DNA of 64,000 bases from an uncultured virus (IMG/VR IMGVR_UViG_3300017754_003767) (IMGVR_UViG_3300017754_003767); one strand, 5' to 3'; positions 1-7,707 are shown, counted from the stretch's first letter. Notes: a model not told the origin generated them from the letters alone. Numbers and translations: made by a program.

Positions 1-1
1 T

Positions 2-346
2 AAGTTAAGTTGGGATAAATGGGTAGATAACAATAAAGAACATTATCAAAAAGTTAAAAAACAAGGGCAAGATTTATTACATCACAATCACAAAAAATAT
101 GAGCGCAGAGGAATAACAAAAGAACAATACGATATTGTGCTTGAGGCCCAGGAAGGTTTATGCGCAATTTGCCAAGAGCCTCCCAAGGATAAACAATCTT
201 TAGCTATGGACCATAATCATCAAACCAATGAGTTCAGAGGTTTATTGTGCAAAGAGTGCAATAGAGCCCTAGGTTTATTTGGTGATAATATAGATGTATT
301 GACAAACGCAGTCACTTATCTTAAAGAACGAGGAAGTTATGGCTGA
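2..346 (+). CDS. Endonuclease VII-family (HNH-like) homing endonuclease, 5'-truncated by the window edge
   Basis: Frame is open from base 2; motif GITKEQY..L.AQ.G.CAIC...DHNH....RGLLCKECNRALGLFGD. Confidence 0.85.
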   Translation, partial: KLSWDKWVDNNKEHYQKVKKQGQDLLHHNHKKYERRGITKEQYDIVLEAQEGLCAICQEPPKDKQSLAMDHNHQTNEFRGLLCKECNRALGLFGDNIDVLTNAVTYLKERGSYG

Positions 347-647
347 AGACAAAAGCAAGTACACAAAACCAGACTTACGTGAACGTATTAAAAACCGTGT
401 AATGCGCGAAGGTCGTGGCGGAAAACCAGGGGAATGGTCGTAGCCGTGAGGCTAAATAACTTCAGCACGTAAAGCTCAACTTGTAGCACAAGAATATAAG
501 TCGGAGGGTGGCGGATATAAAGGCGGTAAAGGTGAGAAGCAAAAGTCTTTGGAGAAGTGGGGAGAAGAAAAGTGGCAAACCAAAGACGAGTATGAGAAAC
601 GTTCTAAAGCTAAGGCTGCAGCCAAGAGATATAAAGATGGCGAGTGA
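339..647 (+). CDS. DUF5872-like basic protein (N-terminal half), interrupted by a 24-nt in-frame insert at 441-464
   Basis: ATG339 gives MAEDKSKYTKPDLRERIKNRVMREGRGGKPGEWS, then the insert, then in the same frame ARKAQLVAQEYKSEGGGYKGGKGEKQKSLEKWGEEKWQTK...TGA647; missed by the ORF track. Confidence 0.75.
441..464 (+). other. Candidate translational bypass element (stop codon in hairpin, 24 nt)
   Basis: TCG|TAG CCG TGA GGC TAA ATA ACT TCA|GCA; hairpin TAGCC-GTGA-GGCTA; Ser codons at both ends. Confidence 0.65.
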
Positions 648-846
648 TAAAGCAATTCAACCTGGCTACACCAAGCGTTACTTACCGGAAAAAGCATGGG
701 CTTCTTTATCCAAGGAAGAAAGAGAGGAGACTGACCGCAAGAAACGCGCTGGTAGTAGAGAAGGTAAACAGTTTGTACCTAACACAGAGACAGCAAAGAA
801 AGCTGGTAAAGCAGCCCGTGCATCCAAACGTTACAAAGATAAATAA
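637..846 (+). CDS. DUF5872-like protein, C-terminal half encoded as a separate ORF
   Basis: ATG637 overlaps the upstream stop; KRYLPEKAWASLSKEEREETDRKKRAGSREGKQFVPNT motif. Confidence 0.7.
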   Translation: MASDKAIQPGYTKRYLPEKAWASLSKEEREETDRKKRAGSREGKQFVPNTETAKKAGKAARASKRYKDK

Positions 847-879
847 CTCACTTATACTTAATAAAGATTCCTGATTATC

Positions 880-1050
880 ATGGAAAAGAAAAAGGCTATC
901 CCCCCCAAGAAAGCTGTACCGCCCGCAAAAGGCAAAGCTGCTCCCCCTGTCAAAGGCAAAGGTGGCGCATCTGCCAAGCAAACTGAAGCCCGCGACAAGT
1001 TCAAAGAAATGATTGCGAAGAAGAAAGAAGCTGCCGCTAAAAAGAAATAA
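880..1050 (+). CDS. Small Lys/Ala/Pro-rich basic protein (56 aa)
   Basis: MEKKKAIPPKKAVPPAKGK...AAAKKK*; TATACT box upstream. Confidence 0.6.
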   Translation: MEKKKAIPPKKAVPPAKGKAAPPVKGKGGASAKQTEARDKFKEMIAKKKEAAAKKK

Positions 1051-1071
1051 GGTATCGCGCTATACTTTCAG

Positions 1072-1153
1072 TGCTCAATACACACGTCTCGTCCCGTAGG
1101 TATTGGCGGTAAGTAGTTAGTTTTAGTCCTGGTCTGAGCAACCAGGATTTTTT
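1072..1153 (+). ncRNA. Putative small RNA with its own -10 box and intrinsic terminator
   Basis: TATACT at 1061-1066; hairpin CAATAC/GTATTG; terminator TCCTGGT-ctgagca-ACCAGGA followed by a T-tract. Confidence 0.45.
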
Positions 1154-1168
1154 GTGTATAATAAAATT

Positions 1169-1407
1169 GATAGAGATCAGGTCCCTGCTTGCACACCTGA
1201 TCCATCATCGAAGTCCTGGGTTTCCAGGCCGGAGGTTTGATAGCCTTTGCCAGCTTGATTCCCTGGTGCGCCCTCGACCCATTTGGCAAGCGCGACGAAT
1301 CAGTAACACCCCTCATGCCTAGCTTGATAACGAGGACGGCTTTACACCGGGCGCACGGGCTTGCAGGCATCCTCACTTAGTTATCAATGATGCACAAATA
1401 GAGGGGT
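1169..1407 (+). ncRNA. Large structured ncRNA, possibly manA-like
   Basis: TATAAT at 1157-1162; stems GATCAGG/CCTGATC, TTGCCA/TGGCAA, TGATTC/GAATCA, TTGATAAC/GTTATCAA, ACCCCTC/GAGGGGT; no credible ORF; next to tRNA-like genes. Confidence 0.5.
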
Positions 1408-1410
1408 CAC

Positions 1411-1483
1411 TCAACCGGTAGTCCAGTGGCAGGACACCCCGACAAGGGAGTTAGATAGCTGGTTCGATTCCAGCACGGTTGAT
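1411..1483 (+). tRNA. tRNA-like RNA with shrunken anticodon arm (possible GAC/Val remnant)
   Basis: Acceptor TCAACCG/CGGTTGA, D-arm GTCC/GGAC, T-arm GCTGG-TTCGATT-CCAGC; anticodon stem only about 3 bp. Confidence 0.55.
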
Positions 1484-1484
1484 T

Positions 1485-1560
1485 CACCTGGTCCGAGACA
1501 ATTGGATAGTACGGTTACTGCCGCTGCAGGACGATGTAGGTTCGAATCCTACCCAGGTGC
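1485..1560 (+). tRNA. tRNA-like RNA with perfect acceptor and T arms but aberrant D/anticodon region
   Basis: CACCTGG/CCAGGTG; GTAGG-TTCGAAT-CCTAC; no assignable anticodon. Confidence 0.55.
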
Positions 1561-1589
1561 TTTATACTGAGCGCATCTTGGCAAGTTAG

Positions 1590-2222
1590 ATGAGCTACTT
1601 AAATCACAACCTGCCGACATTTACTTGCTACATCCGAAACGAATTCCTATACAACCACAAACAAGGCCATGGTGACGTAACGTTATGCGACGTACACTCA
1701 GTGGCATCCCTGGAAAAACGCGTTCCTTTATTTGAGGTGTTCCTGGAGAATGGTGTTAACTGGACAAGGCGTCCAATCCACGCCCTTTGCTGGAAACCAG
1801 ATGCCCCTAAGCCTGAGCTTAATGAGTGCATGTGGTGGGATTGTTTTTCTCCGTATATTGACGTACAGGTCAGGTCACGCCTTTCAAACTTACGTGCAGA
1901 GCTAATTAATTTCAAAGGTGAGAAGAAGGGTGGCATCTACATGTTTACCCTTGATTGGTCTTGGGAATCTAAATCAACTCTTAATACAAACTTTAGTGAA
2001 ACACCTGAGCACAAGTGTGCACACTTCTTCCGAATGGACGACGGCAATTTTTACGCATACCCCAATAACCGAATCATCTGGTACGACGATGCATGGCTTA
2101 AGAATCGGATTGAAAAAAATCCTGGATACGAGATTGACTTGACTGAGTACAGTGTGGAGAACTCACGGATGATTGAAACGTCCGATCATTTCATATACGA
2201 GACATCCACTACGGACGGCTAA
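1590..2222 (+). CDS. Conserved hypothetical cyanophage protein
   Basis: 210-aa ORF with globular composition; TATACT box upstream. Confidence 0.75.
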   Translation: MSYLNHNLPTFTCYIRNEFLYNHKQGHGDVTLCDVHSVASLEKRVPLFEVFLENGVNWTRRPIHALCWKPDAPKPELNECMWWDCFSPYIDVQVRSRLSNLRAELINFKGEKKGGIYMFTLDWSWESKSTLNTNFSETPEHKCAHFFRMDDGNFYAYPNNRIIWYDDAWLKNRIEKNPGYEIDLTEYSVENSRMIETSDHFIYETSTTDG

Positions 2223-2253
2223 CTGTTTGTTGTTATATTTAAGACAACAATGA

Positions 2254-2511
2254 TTGGCTTTAGTGCCAACTTCTAAAGAAAAACTCCAGCGCAATAGACA
2301 AAAGTTTCTTGAGTACAAGAAGACTTTGAATTGCCAGCACTGTGGACTGAATGATCATCGTGTCCTTGAGTTTCACCACGTTGGTGACAAGGACCATAAC
2401 ATATCAAATATGGTTAACCATGGATACGGCTGGCGCCGCATCGAAGAAGAAATAAAGAAATGTATTCCGCTGTGCTGCAACTGCCATAGGCTTGAGCACT
2501 GGGTTGATTAA
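2254..2511 (+). CDS. Small HNH endonuclease
   Basis: CQHCG...LEFHH...KCIPLCCNCHRLEH. Confidence 0.75.
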   Translation: MALVPTSKEKLQRNRQKFLEYKKTLNCQHCGLNDHRVLEFHHVGDKDHNISNMVNHGYGWRRIEEEIKKCIPLCCNCHRLEHWVD

Positions 2512-2544
2512 TATGCTATGCTATTCATAATTAAAGTTTAAATT

Positions 2545-3000
2545 ATGAAAACATGCCGCCAATGTGGCTTGGTAAAGCCGTTAAAAGATTTTTACAATGA
2601 GCCAAGAGTTAAAGATGGCAAGCAAGCAAGATGCAAGGCATGTCATGGAAAAACAACAGAAAAATACCGCAAAAAAAATCCTGAGCTTTACAGAAAAGCA
2701 AGTTTAAAAAATTGGCATTCTTTGGATGCTGAAAAAAGACAAGCAAGATGGATTAAGCGGTATGGTATTACTGCAAACGATTACAAACAATTACTTGAAA
2801 AACAAGCAAGTGTTTGTAAGATTTGCCAAAAACCTTGTTCTTCTCGTCAGTTTTTGTCAGTAGACCATTGTCACAAAACAGGAAAAGTTAGAGGCTTGCT
2901 TTGCGTCAAGTGCAATACAGCCTTGGGAATGTTAGATGACAATATTCAGCATTTTGAAACTGCAATTGAATATCTCAAGAGTTTCGAAGAGAAGCTTTAA
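2545..3000 (+). CDS. Endonuclease VII-family homing endonuclease
   Basis: N-terminal CxxC..CxxC; RYGIT..Y..LL..Q...CKIC...VDHCH.TGKVRGLLCVKCN.ALG; AT-rich. Confidence 0.88.
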   Translation: MKTCRQCGLVKPLKDFYNEPRVKDGKQARCKACHGKTTEKYRKKNPELYRKASLKNWHSLDAEKRQARWIKRYGITANDYKQLLEKQASVCKICQKPCSSRQFLSVDHCHKTGKVRGLLCVKCNTALGMLDDNIQHFETAIEYLKSFEEKL

Positions 3001-3529
3001 TAAACCAGGCTGCTTTGAAAGCTTGTGCAGTTAGATCTGCCATATAATTTTGAATATCAATAGCGCCAATTTTTGCAGCAATTGGCTCAAGTTTTTTGGC
3101 TTTCATGCCAAGTTCTTCAAGGTTTTTGTAATACACAGTAAGCATGTCTGTGTATTTATAAGATGTAACCACTTGCATGGCAGGAGCTGCATCTTTAAGC
3201 CCGCATCCACACATGGGCATAAGATAATCCATGCTCCGAACAAATTCAGCAAGTGTGTCAAACTGTTCTAAGTGTGCCTCGTATTGGTCTTTTAAAAATG
3301 CATGAAACGCTAAAAAGTTTGGGCACTCAATATTTAAATGAATCAGATGACTCTGGGTCTCCAGTTCCTTGAGGTAAGCACACAGAGAGATGCACTGCTG
3401 GATGAATGCACCCACATCACCACCAGCCTTGGATTTGGCGGGGGCTTTTGGTTTGTCCTGGGGCTGAGGAACAGCTTGAACCTGGGGCACTTCAGCAGGT
3501 TGATACTGTTGCGGAGCGGGAGCGTACAT
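2975..3529 (-). CDS. dps: Dps/ferritin-like DNA-protecting protein
   Basis: HLIHLNIECPNFLAFHAFLKDQYE..LEQFDTLAEFVR ferroxidase-type motif; C-terminal KAAWFI. Confidence 0.8.
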   Translation of the reverse strand: MYAPAPQQYQPAEVPQVQAVPQPQDKPKAPAKSKAGGDVGAFIQQCISLCAYLKELETQSHLIHLNIECPNFLAFHAFLKDQYEAHLEQFDTLAEFVRSMDYLMPMCGCGLKDAAPAMQVVTSYKYTDMLTVYYKNLEELGMKAKKLEPIAAKIGAIDIQNYMADLTAQAFKAAWFIKASLRNS

Positions 3530-3570
3530 AAGTCTTGACCAATAGTTCTAGTTTATCAGTCATTAACACG

Positions 3571-4890
3571 TCATCTCGATACCTCTTCCCAGTCCATAGC
3601 AGCTAACACTTGCGCAGTGTTATCTTCACTACTGCAAACCAAAGTTAATTCAGTTGTTACACCCGTAAAACTATTACGTTCCAGCTGGAATTTAAACAAT
3701 GCTTCCTTAAGGATGTCAACCACAGCGGAGCCTTGGTTGGAGCCATTGGTAAAACCACTGGCAAGCACACGCCCAGTTCCGAGCGTAAAGGAAGAAGCAT
3801 CAATTTTGTATTCAACGGATGAGTCGTCGCCTAAGTTTGACCAGGTGCCACCGGTTGTTGTGCCTCCAACAATAACTTTCCAGTTATAGTTAGCGTTATT
3901 GGTAATACCCATCAGGGATATTGCAGTCAAAATAACAATTGCATCTAGTCGAGTTGATTTAAGGCGAAGCGAAACAATTGGATAAACAGTAGGTGCAGTT
4001 GTTAATGTATACGGTGTATTGACTGGGGTTCCAACTGCGTTTTGAGCACCTCTTAGCTCATAGCCACCTTCTGAAATAACTGTTGAACACACTTGTTTTA
4101 ATGTGCTACTACTTGCAGTAGTACCAAGGTTTTCAATTTCATAACGAACCGGCAGTGATGCCGTTGTCATGTAAGTAGATGTAAGTAAATTTGCGTGGTG
4201 GAAAGAATGGCAGTGTACAAATTGTCCATTAATTACAAACCCAGTACGCACAGTGCCAAGACCTAGCCATTCAATATCAGTCCAATGGATTTGAGCTTTG
4301 GTGATATCAAGAGTAAAACCAGAGGGACCTTGCCCATCCAACGTATCAATATTCCAGTTTGCTTGAGACACTCGAGTCTCATTAACAGAACCAGAAACTG
4401 AATTACGTTCAACAAAAGATGGCGCACTGGTACCGCTAACTTCTACGTAGATACCGTTATCTGCACCAAAATACCCGACACGTTGACGCAAGTTAGCTTT
4501 GCCAGAAGCCATGACAAAAGTGTTCATAACCTGCAGGCTTTTCCCTGGTTGGTAAGAACATACCTTTGTCGTTTCCCTTAAAACTTTTGCACCAGACGCA
4601 GTGGTTACATTGAGATTAACCAATCCTTCGCCACTGCTAAATACGTAGGTGCCACCAGTTCCTGTTGAGGTAGCCCACAGTCCATTGTCACGATAACGAT
4701 GGCTGGAGTCAAATAATGTCAGTGGGGAAGAAGTACGAAAGCGACCAAATGCGTCGCCTGCTGTACCACCAGCTTGAATGTAAGTTACATTGCCACTTGT
4801 AGTAGTTACTTCAAGCGGTTGGCCACTGCACGTTTGTACTTTAACTACTTCGTATAACGTGCTTGCGCCTACTTCTCTATATACAGGCAT
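3571..4890 (-). CDS. Beta-rich putative virion structural protein
   Basis: 439 aa, Thr/Ser/Gly-rich; DAFGRFRTSSPLTLFDS motif typical of cyanophage structural proteins. Confidence 0.6.
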   Translation of the reverse strand: MPVYREVGASTLYEVVKVQTCSGQPLEVTTTSGNVTYIQAGGTAGDAFGRFRTSSPLTLFDSSHRYRDNGLWATSTGTGGTYVFSSGEGLVNLNVTTASGAKVLRETTKVCSYQPGKSLQVMNTFVMASGKANLRQRVGYFGADNGIYVEVSGTSAPSFVERNSVSGSVNETRVSQANWNIDTLDGQGPSGFTLDITKAQIHWTDIEWLGLGTVRTGFVINGQFVHCHSFHHANLLTSTYMTTASLPVRYEIENLGTTASSSTLKQVCSTVISEGGYELRGAQNAVGTPVNTPYTLTTAPTVYPIVSLRLKSTRLDAIVILTAISLMGITNNANYNWKVIVGGTTTGGTWSNLGDDSSVEYKIDASSFTLGTGRVLASGFTNGSNQGSAVVDILKEALFKFQLERNSFTGVTTELTLVCSSEDNTAQVLAAMDWEEVSR

Positions 4891-4909
4891 TGAACTATGA
4901 AATAGATAG

Positions 4910-5161
4910 TTACATTTTAGAACACATAGTTTCCTTCTTTTTTTGTATATGCAGTTTACGCATTTCTTTATGACTTAAACCACCGTAGTCCCGTGGCTCT
5001 GTCACAGGTAAACTTTTCATGCCACAGACACCACAGTCACCCATGTGATAAGTGGCATAGTGGCTTGGTGGACCAACATAAGAACTACCCTTGTACCAAA
5101 GACCGTGGGTCATCCCACAGTTATCACAGATCCATTCAGGATAATACTCTTGCATCTTCAT
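4910..5161 (-). CDS. Small Zn-ribbon protein
   Basis: CDNCG...CGVCG. Confidence 0.6.
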   Translation of the reverse strand: MKMQEYYPEWICDNCGMTHGLWYKGSSYVGPPSHYATYHMGDCGVCGMKSLPVTEPRDYGGLSHKEMRKLHIQKKKETMCSKM

Positions 5162-5547
5162 TGTTTTTTACACCGCAGAAGATCAACCAACTCCTGAGCT
5201 TTGTCATATTCTTTTTTGACCTGCTCAGCATTGTTACATGCAGCAGTCAAAAAACATTCAAAGAGTTCAGCCCCCGACAGCTCATTGAAAAACTCAGCAA
5301 TAGTATCAGCAAAATACTCAGTTGCTTTGTCTTTAAAGTTGGTAACTTCCATTGGGCTTAAAGTGAGTTTGTCAAAGGCCTCACGCCATTCTGGCATAAC
5401 GCTTGTGACATTGCTTGTATTATGAAGAGACTCACGCGAGTCCTTGGAGACACCTGGTTCATCAATCTCAGCAATCGCACGATTAGATCGATACCATTCC
5501 TGCCATTTGTGAATGGCATCCATAGGTTCATCCACTTGAGTGTCCAC
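5158..5547 (-). CDS. Hypothetical protein
   Basis: 129-aa ORF, coupled to the next gene. Confidence 0.6.
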   Translation of the reverse strand: MDTQVDEPMDAIHKWQEWYRSNRAIAEIDEPGVSKDSRESLHNTSNVTSVMPEWREAFDKLTLSPMEVTNFKDKATEYFADTIAEFFNELSGAELFECFLTAACNNAEQVKKEYDKAQELVDLLRCKKQ

Positions 5548-5550
5548 AAT

Positions 5551-5584
5551 AATAAAAAGAACGTACCACTAGTGTGGCACGTTC
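5551..5584 (-). terminator. Intrinsic terminator
   Basis: GAACGTGCCAC-acta-GTGGTACGTTC followed by TTTTTATT on the - strand. Confidence 0.6.
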
Positions 5585-5612
5585 AATAAGTATAAATTGT
5601 TCAACTTGAACT

Positions 5613-5906
5613 TCAGGCGGCTGCCTCAAGTTTCTTTTGTTTTTCCACCAGTTCCTCGTATTCCTTGACTGCAGCAAGCATCTCAAAGTACCGCTCACGC
5701 ATTGTGGTACCAGCCTCGGTCAAGCAGAACCGTTCCCACAAACCTGTGTAACAATGATTGGCTGGCTTGTAGACCTGGTACAAGCGCTCCATAAAGTCAG
5801 CCTTTTTTTGCTCTTCAACCACGTCCCAGTTACGTAGTTGTTCTTTCAACCAAGGTGTATCAAATGCACCAGTGGTGTTCAGCTTCTTAAGAAGTTCTTC
5901 AGTCAT
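5613..5906 (-). CDS. Hypothetical protein (start MTEELLKK)
   Basis: ATG5906 overlaps the upstream stop. Confidence 0.6.
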   Translation of the reverse strand: MTEELLKKLNTTGAFDTPWLKEQLRNWDVVEEQKKADFMERLYQVYKPANHCYTGLWERFCLTEAGTTMRERYFEMLAAVKEYEELVEKQKKLEAAA

Positions 5907-6096
5907 TGGAATCAATTGCGGTGATGGAAGTGAAGACACCTTTAACGGCAGGGCTTGTTTCAAAGAGGAGATCGTCCAGCTCATCTTGGAGAGCGATGGC
6001 AATATCCTGTGCAGTGCGACCGCCAAAGCTGTCGTATTCAACTTCAAGGTCAACCGCAAACGATACGGTTAGCCGAGGAACAATAACGGGATCCAT
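5899..6096 (-). CDS. Hypothetical protein
   Basis: 65-aa ORF in the operon. Confidence 0.55.
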   Translation of the reverse strand: MDPVIVPRLTVSFAVDLEVEYDSFGGRTAQDIAIALQDELDDLLFETSPAVKGVFTSITAIDSND

Positions 6097-6121
6097 TGCT
6101 GGCAGTAAAGACTGAATTACT

Positions 6122-6379
6122 TTACAGCAACTTTTCTAAAGAGTGCACTTGATTTTGTTGATAGTAACCAAGACGCTCTTGGATCAGGTGTGTGTAATTG
6201 ATGGCAGCATCAACCATCTCAGTTGCGTCCATTGATGCGGCAAGGTTTTCATTAGCTAACATCCCTGCTGTCAGCACAGTCACTTGCCATTCAAGCTTGG
6301 TACCCACCAATGCGGGAAGGGGTGTCCCTGCCTGAGTGAAACCTGCCAGTAAATCAACCAGCTTACTTTCATCAGACAT
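6122..6379 (-). CDS. Hypothetical protein
   Basis: 85 aa; GAGG Shine-Dalgarno upstream. Confidence 0.65.
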   Translation of the reverse strand: MSDESKLVDLLAGFTQAGTPLPALVGTKLEWQVTVLTAGMLANENLAASMDATEMVDAAINYTHLIQERLGYYQQNQVHSLEKLL

Positions 6380-6414
6380 GGAACACCTCTTGTATCTATT
6401 TATTGTATGGCAAC

Positions 6415-6822
6415 TTATTTATCGCCACGAGCCAGGTAGTACCAGTAGGCACGGGCTGCGTTCTGGTGGAAGCGCTTACCAAGCAAAAGCTTAAGTTTCT
6501 TTTGCTCAAGCTCATCGACCTTATCGTTGTGGTAAGGCACGGGCTCGTCACCATCACACAGCATCGACATCTCCAGTTCATTCATCTGGATCTGGAGATT
6601 GAAGTCATCAACACTATGGTTGTGACATGACATGCGGATATGTGCGTCCTCAAGATCAGTCGGGGGTTCCAGCTTCTGGTAGAAGTTCTCCGAGATGTTC
6701 GGATGCCTCCAGATCCACTGACTTGTTTGAGAAGATGCGCTGGGAACGGACCGAGTATTCTTGGACAACTTTGACTCCGTGTGGTAGGTGCTGACCGGTT
6801 TGGTAGGCGTTGCGGATGGCAT
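6415..6822 (-). CDS. Hypothetical protein (start uncertain; overlaps the Gp157-like gene)
   Basis: Protein-like C-terminal ~100 aa; plausible ATG at 6822. Confidence 0.5.
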   Translation of the reverse strand: MPSATPTKPVSTYHTESKLSKNTRSVPSASSQTSQWIWRHPNISENFYQKLEPPTDLEDAHIRMSCHNHSVDDFNLQIQMNELEMSMLCDGDEPVPYHNDKVDELEQKKLKLLLGKRFHQNAARAYWYYLARGDK

Positions 6823-7369
6823 CGAGGTTTGGGAGAACTTCCTGTTTGGTTCGGGGTTCAGTCCTTTCGTCAAGGACTTCTCCTGACATTGAACGTACCA
6901 CGATTCTCTTGGTTGTGGTTGTTTCTTGCTCAATGCAGAATTTGCTGCGTTCTTCAGTGTCCCAAAACTCTGGGTCTGACGTGATCTCAACAGTTAACTC
7001 CTTCTTACGTATAAGGGTGAATTGATAATTGCGTCCACTAATCTTGTTGGAATCAGATGGCAGTGCACGCCGTAACCAACTTAGCAAACCCTTGAGGGAT
7101 CGCAGTTGGGACTCATGGTGACGCTTGGCCTGGGTGATGAGATCCCCTTCCTTCTTGATGCGTTCAAGAGCATCCTCATGGGCCGCCATAGCGTAATAGA
7201 TACGGTCGACCTTCTCTGAACGGAGAGAGGCACAGGCCTCCAGCTCAGCTTGCGCCAGTTCTTGGGACTCAGGAGTGAGGAGAGGAAGACTGCGTTCCAG
7301 GGCACCATAGTGCTCGTAGAGTTTGAGGATGTTTAGATCCTTGAGCTTAGCCTGAGTGATTTGCGTCAT
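6656..7369 (-). CDS. Siphovirus Gp157-like protein
   Basis: Coiled coil EKVDRI...IKKE...K...LK..L; C-terminal PNLDAIR.A...G..LP.GV.V. Confidence 0.65.
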   Translation of the reverse strand: MTQITQAKLKDLNILKLYEHYGALERSLPLLTPESQELAQAELEACASLRSEKVDRIYYAMAAHEDALERIKKEGDLITQAKRHHESQLRSLKGLLSWLRRALPSDSNKISGRNYQFTLIRKKELTVEITSDPEFWDTEERSKFCIEQETTTTKRIVVRSMSGEVLDERTEPRTKQEVLPNLDAIRNAYQTGQHLPHGVKVVQEYSVRSQRIFSNKSVDLEASEHLGELLPEAGTPD

Positions 7370-7384
7370 GGCTGGTTGATTGAA

Positions 7385-7570
7385 TTAAATTTGATTGTTC
7401 ATTTTTCGTATGCGTTTTTCAAGACGCCTTGCTTCACGTTCGCGCAAGCGTTTATATTCACGTGCAGACATTTGAACTGGTTTGTAATTTCCAGCATTGC
7501 CCCCAACAGCTTTAGCTTGCTGTTCCAAGAAAGAATCAAGATTGACTCTAGGATCAAGATTAAAAGACAT
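7385..7570 (-). CDS. Hypothetical basic protein
   Basis: 61-aa ORF. Confidence 0.5.
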   Translation of the reverse strand: MSFNLDPRVNLDSFLEQQAKAVGGNAGNYKPVQMSAREYKRLREREARRLEKRIRKMNNQI

Positions 7571-7573
7571 TGT

Positions 7574-7687
7574 TCAATTAAAACAAGATTGAAGTTTGTT
7601 CAGCGTATAAGCCAGCAGCGCTGCGGCTGCTGTCCAAAGAATATCCTTTAGAACGGGAAGAACAAAGGATGCAATGGCTTCGAACAT
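7574..7687 (-). CDS. Small membrane protein (37 aa)
   Basis: MFEAIASFVLPVLKDILWTAAAALLAYTLNKLQSCFN*; directly downstream of a pseudoknot leader. Confidence 0.55.
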   Translation of the reverse strand: MFEAIASFVLPVLKDILWTAAAALLAYTLNKLQSCFN

Positions 7688-7707
7688 GAGTTGGTTGTAT
7701 AGGTGGT

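Noticed and set aside
441..464. Stop-codon reassignment or a group I intron as the explanation for the interruption
   Set aside because: Three different stops occur in frame and all three are used normally elsewhere in the window; 24 nt is far too short for a group I core, and no register gives a U|...G| boundary that restores WSARK.
508..636. 5' extension of the ORF-track call 508..846
   Set aside because: It is an alternate-frame read of the 339-647 gene; family-like sequence starts at ATG637.
1247..1302. HDV-like/theta ribozyme
   Set aside because: The topology is reminiscent, but the G+1, the canonical L3 and the GG P1.1 signature are not matched; kept only as a generic pseudoknot.
1068..1376. 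102-aa - strand ORF
   Set aside because: Antisense to the structured RNA cluster and not protein-like.
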